DNA from: Malacoraja senta
Taxonomy: Eukaryota
Reading direction: 5' to 3'
DNA: 64,000 nucleotides
NCBI GenBank assembly: GCA_038087875.1
Contig: JAXLNO010005631.1
Location: forward strand, 248,001 to 312,000
Made by a program: the position numbers and the translations under genes. Under the pieces are notes generated by a model. It did no database searches. It was not told the DNA's origin and saw only the letters and a program-made list of their open reading frames with translations. Shown here piece after piece: positions 63,130-64,000 of this stretch; the first letter of the stretch is position 1; every line of letters begins with the position of its first letter.

Positions 63130-64000
63130 AGTGGCGGCGCGGCACTGGCTGCGGCAGTCCTGTTTGTTTGTGTTTTTTGTGTTGTTTATTTTGTTTTGGT
63201 TAGTCTAGTTTCTGGTTTTTAGTTTGTGTTTTGGGGGGGGGGTGGGGGGTTTAAACGGGGTTTGCAGTCTCTCCCTGCGGGGGAATGCGACTTTTTTGTC
63301 GTATTCCCCTTCTCTGTCTCCGACTGCGTTGAGGCCTAATGGAGCTGATGACCTCGAGGCTCCGGAGGCAGAGCCCGTCAGCATTCGCCCTGAGCTCGCT
63401 CCCGTGAGGGTGGTCCGGCTCAGGGCTGGAACAGTGCTCCCGTGAGGTTGTGGACGGGGCTCTCGTGAGGGCGGGCGGGCGGCCAGCCCAAGGGTGGAAC
63501 GAGGCTCCCGTTGGAGCGGCCGAGCTCGGGGAGGTGCGGCGCCCATGTCGGGGCGGCCCGGCCGGAGGGAGAAGCGACGCCCATGTCGGGGCGGCCCGGG
63601 GGGAGAAGCGACGTCCATGTCGGGGCGGCCCGGCCCGGAGGGAGGTTCGGCGCCCATGTCGGGGCGGCCCGGCCGGAGGGAGAAGCGACGTCCATGTCGG
63701 GGCGGCCCGGCCGGAGGGAGAAGCGACGTCCATGTCGGGGCGGCCCGGCCGGAGGAAGAAGCGACGCCCATGTCGGGGCGGCCCGGCCCGGGGGAGAAGC
63801 GACGCCCATGTCGGGGCGGCCCGGCCCGGGGGAGAAGCGGCGCCCATGTCGGGGCGGCCCAGACCGAGGCTGAAGATGGTACTCACGTGAGCGTGGCTAG
63901 GACGGTGTTCTGGCGGTGGTGGCCTGAGTCCGGGGTTCGACCGCGGGACAGCGGCTGCGTTTGCAGGACTGGTGGGCGGCAGCTTCGACCACCCCGGGCC
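63130..64000 (+). mobile_element. GC-rich LINE 5' leader (Rex-like family) containing a 38-bp tandem array
   Basis: Shares leader architecture and hairpin with 27500-27923(-) and 40240-40620(-). Confidence 0.6.
63535..63860 (+). repeat. Minisatellite of nine units of ~38 bp (CGCCCATGTCGGGGCGGCCCGGCCGGAGGGAGAAGCGA)
   Basis: CATGTC recurs at 63544, 63582, 63616, 63655, 63693, 63731, 63769, 63807 and 63845. Confidence 0.93.

Noticed and set aside
63535-63860. CRISPR-like or classical switch-region interpretation of the tandem array
   Set aside because: No unique spacers and a eukaryotic context; lacks AGCT density and sits in a LINE leader.
63205-63890. Overlapping Pro/Gly/Arg-rich ORFs
   Set aside because: Translations of a stop-poor GC-rich tandem repeat.
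59215-64000. Possible JH or D segments upstream of CH1
   Set aside because: No WGxG-TxVTV motif or RSS found on the - strand; the V-D-J part lies beyond the window.

Overview
Vertebrate genomic DNA, most likely from a cartilaginous fish (skate/ray-like; inferred from the Ig sequence and repeat families). It is very repeat-rich and contains several N-runs. Two host genes lie tail-to-tail. (1) On +, the last five coding exons of an SLC43A3-like nucleobase transporter (12.5-25.6 kb). (2) On -, a complete, intact IgM heavy-chain constant region: CH1, CH2, CH3, CH4 plus secretory tail, TM1 and TM2 (59.2 to 47.3 kb). No V, D, J or RSS was found in the window. Most other sequence is retroelement: a CR1 > L2 > full-length intact L1 nest, a second L1 lineage, a Gypsy provirus with both LTRs, many CR1 and Neptune-type Penelope fragments, Rex1-like and Vingi-like pieces, a V-SINE and a decayed hAT transposase. 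The strongest leads are: a ~99%-identical 1.4-kb-arm palindrome just 3' of the IgM TM exons, architecturally like the mammalian IgH 3' regulatory region; two inverted BCL7 exon-1 fragments, each bracketed by hammerhead-like Penelope termini; a candidate intronic enhancer upstream of C-mu; non-autonomous Rex-derived elements with a covarying 5' hairpin; and a Gypsy insertion with no target-site duplication. All coordinates and alignments were read by eye and no database search was run.
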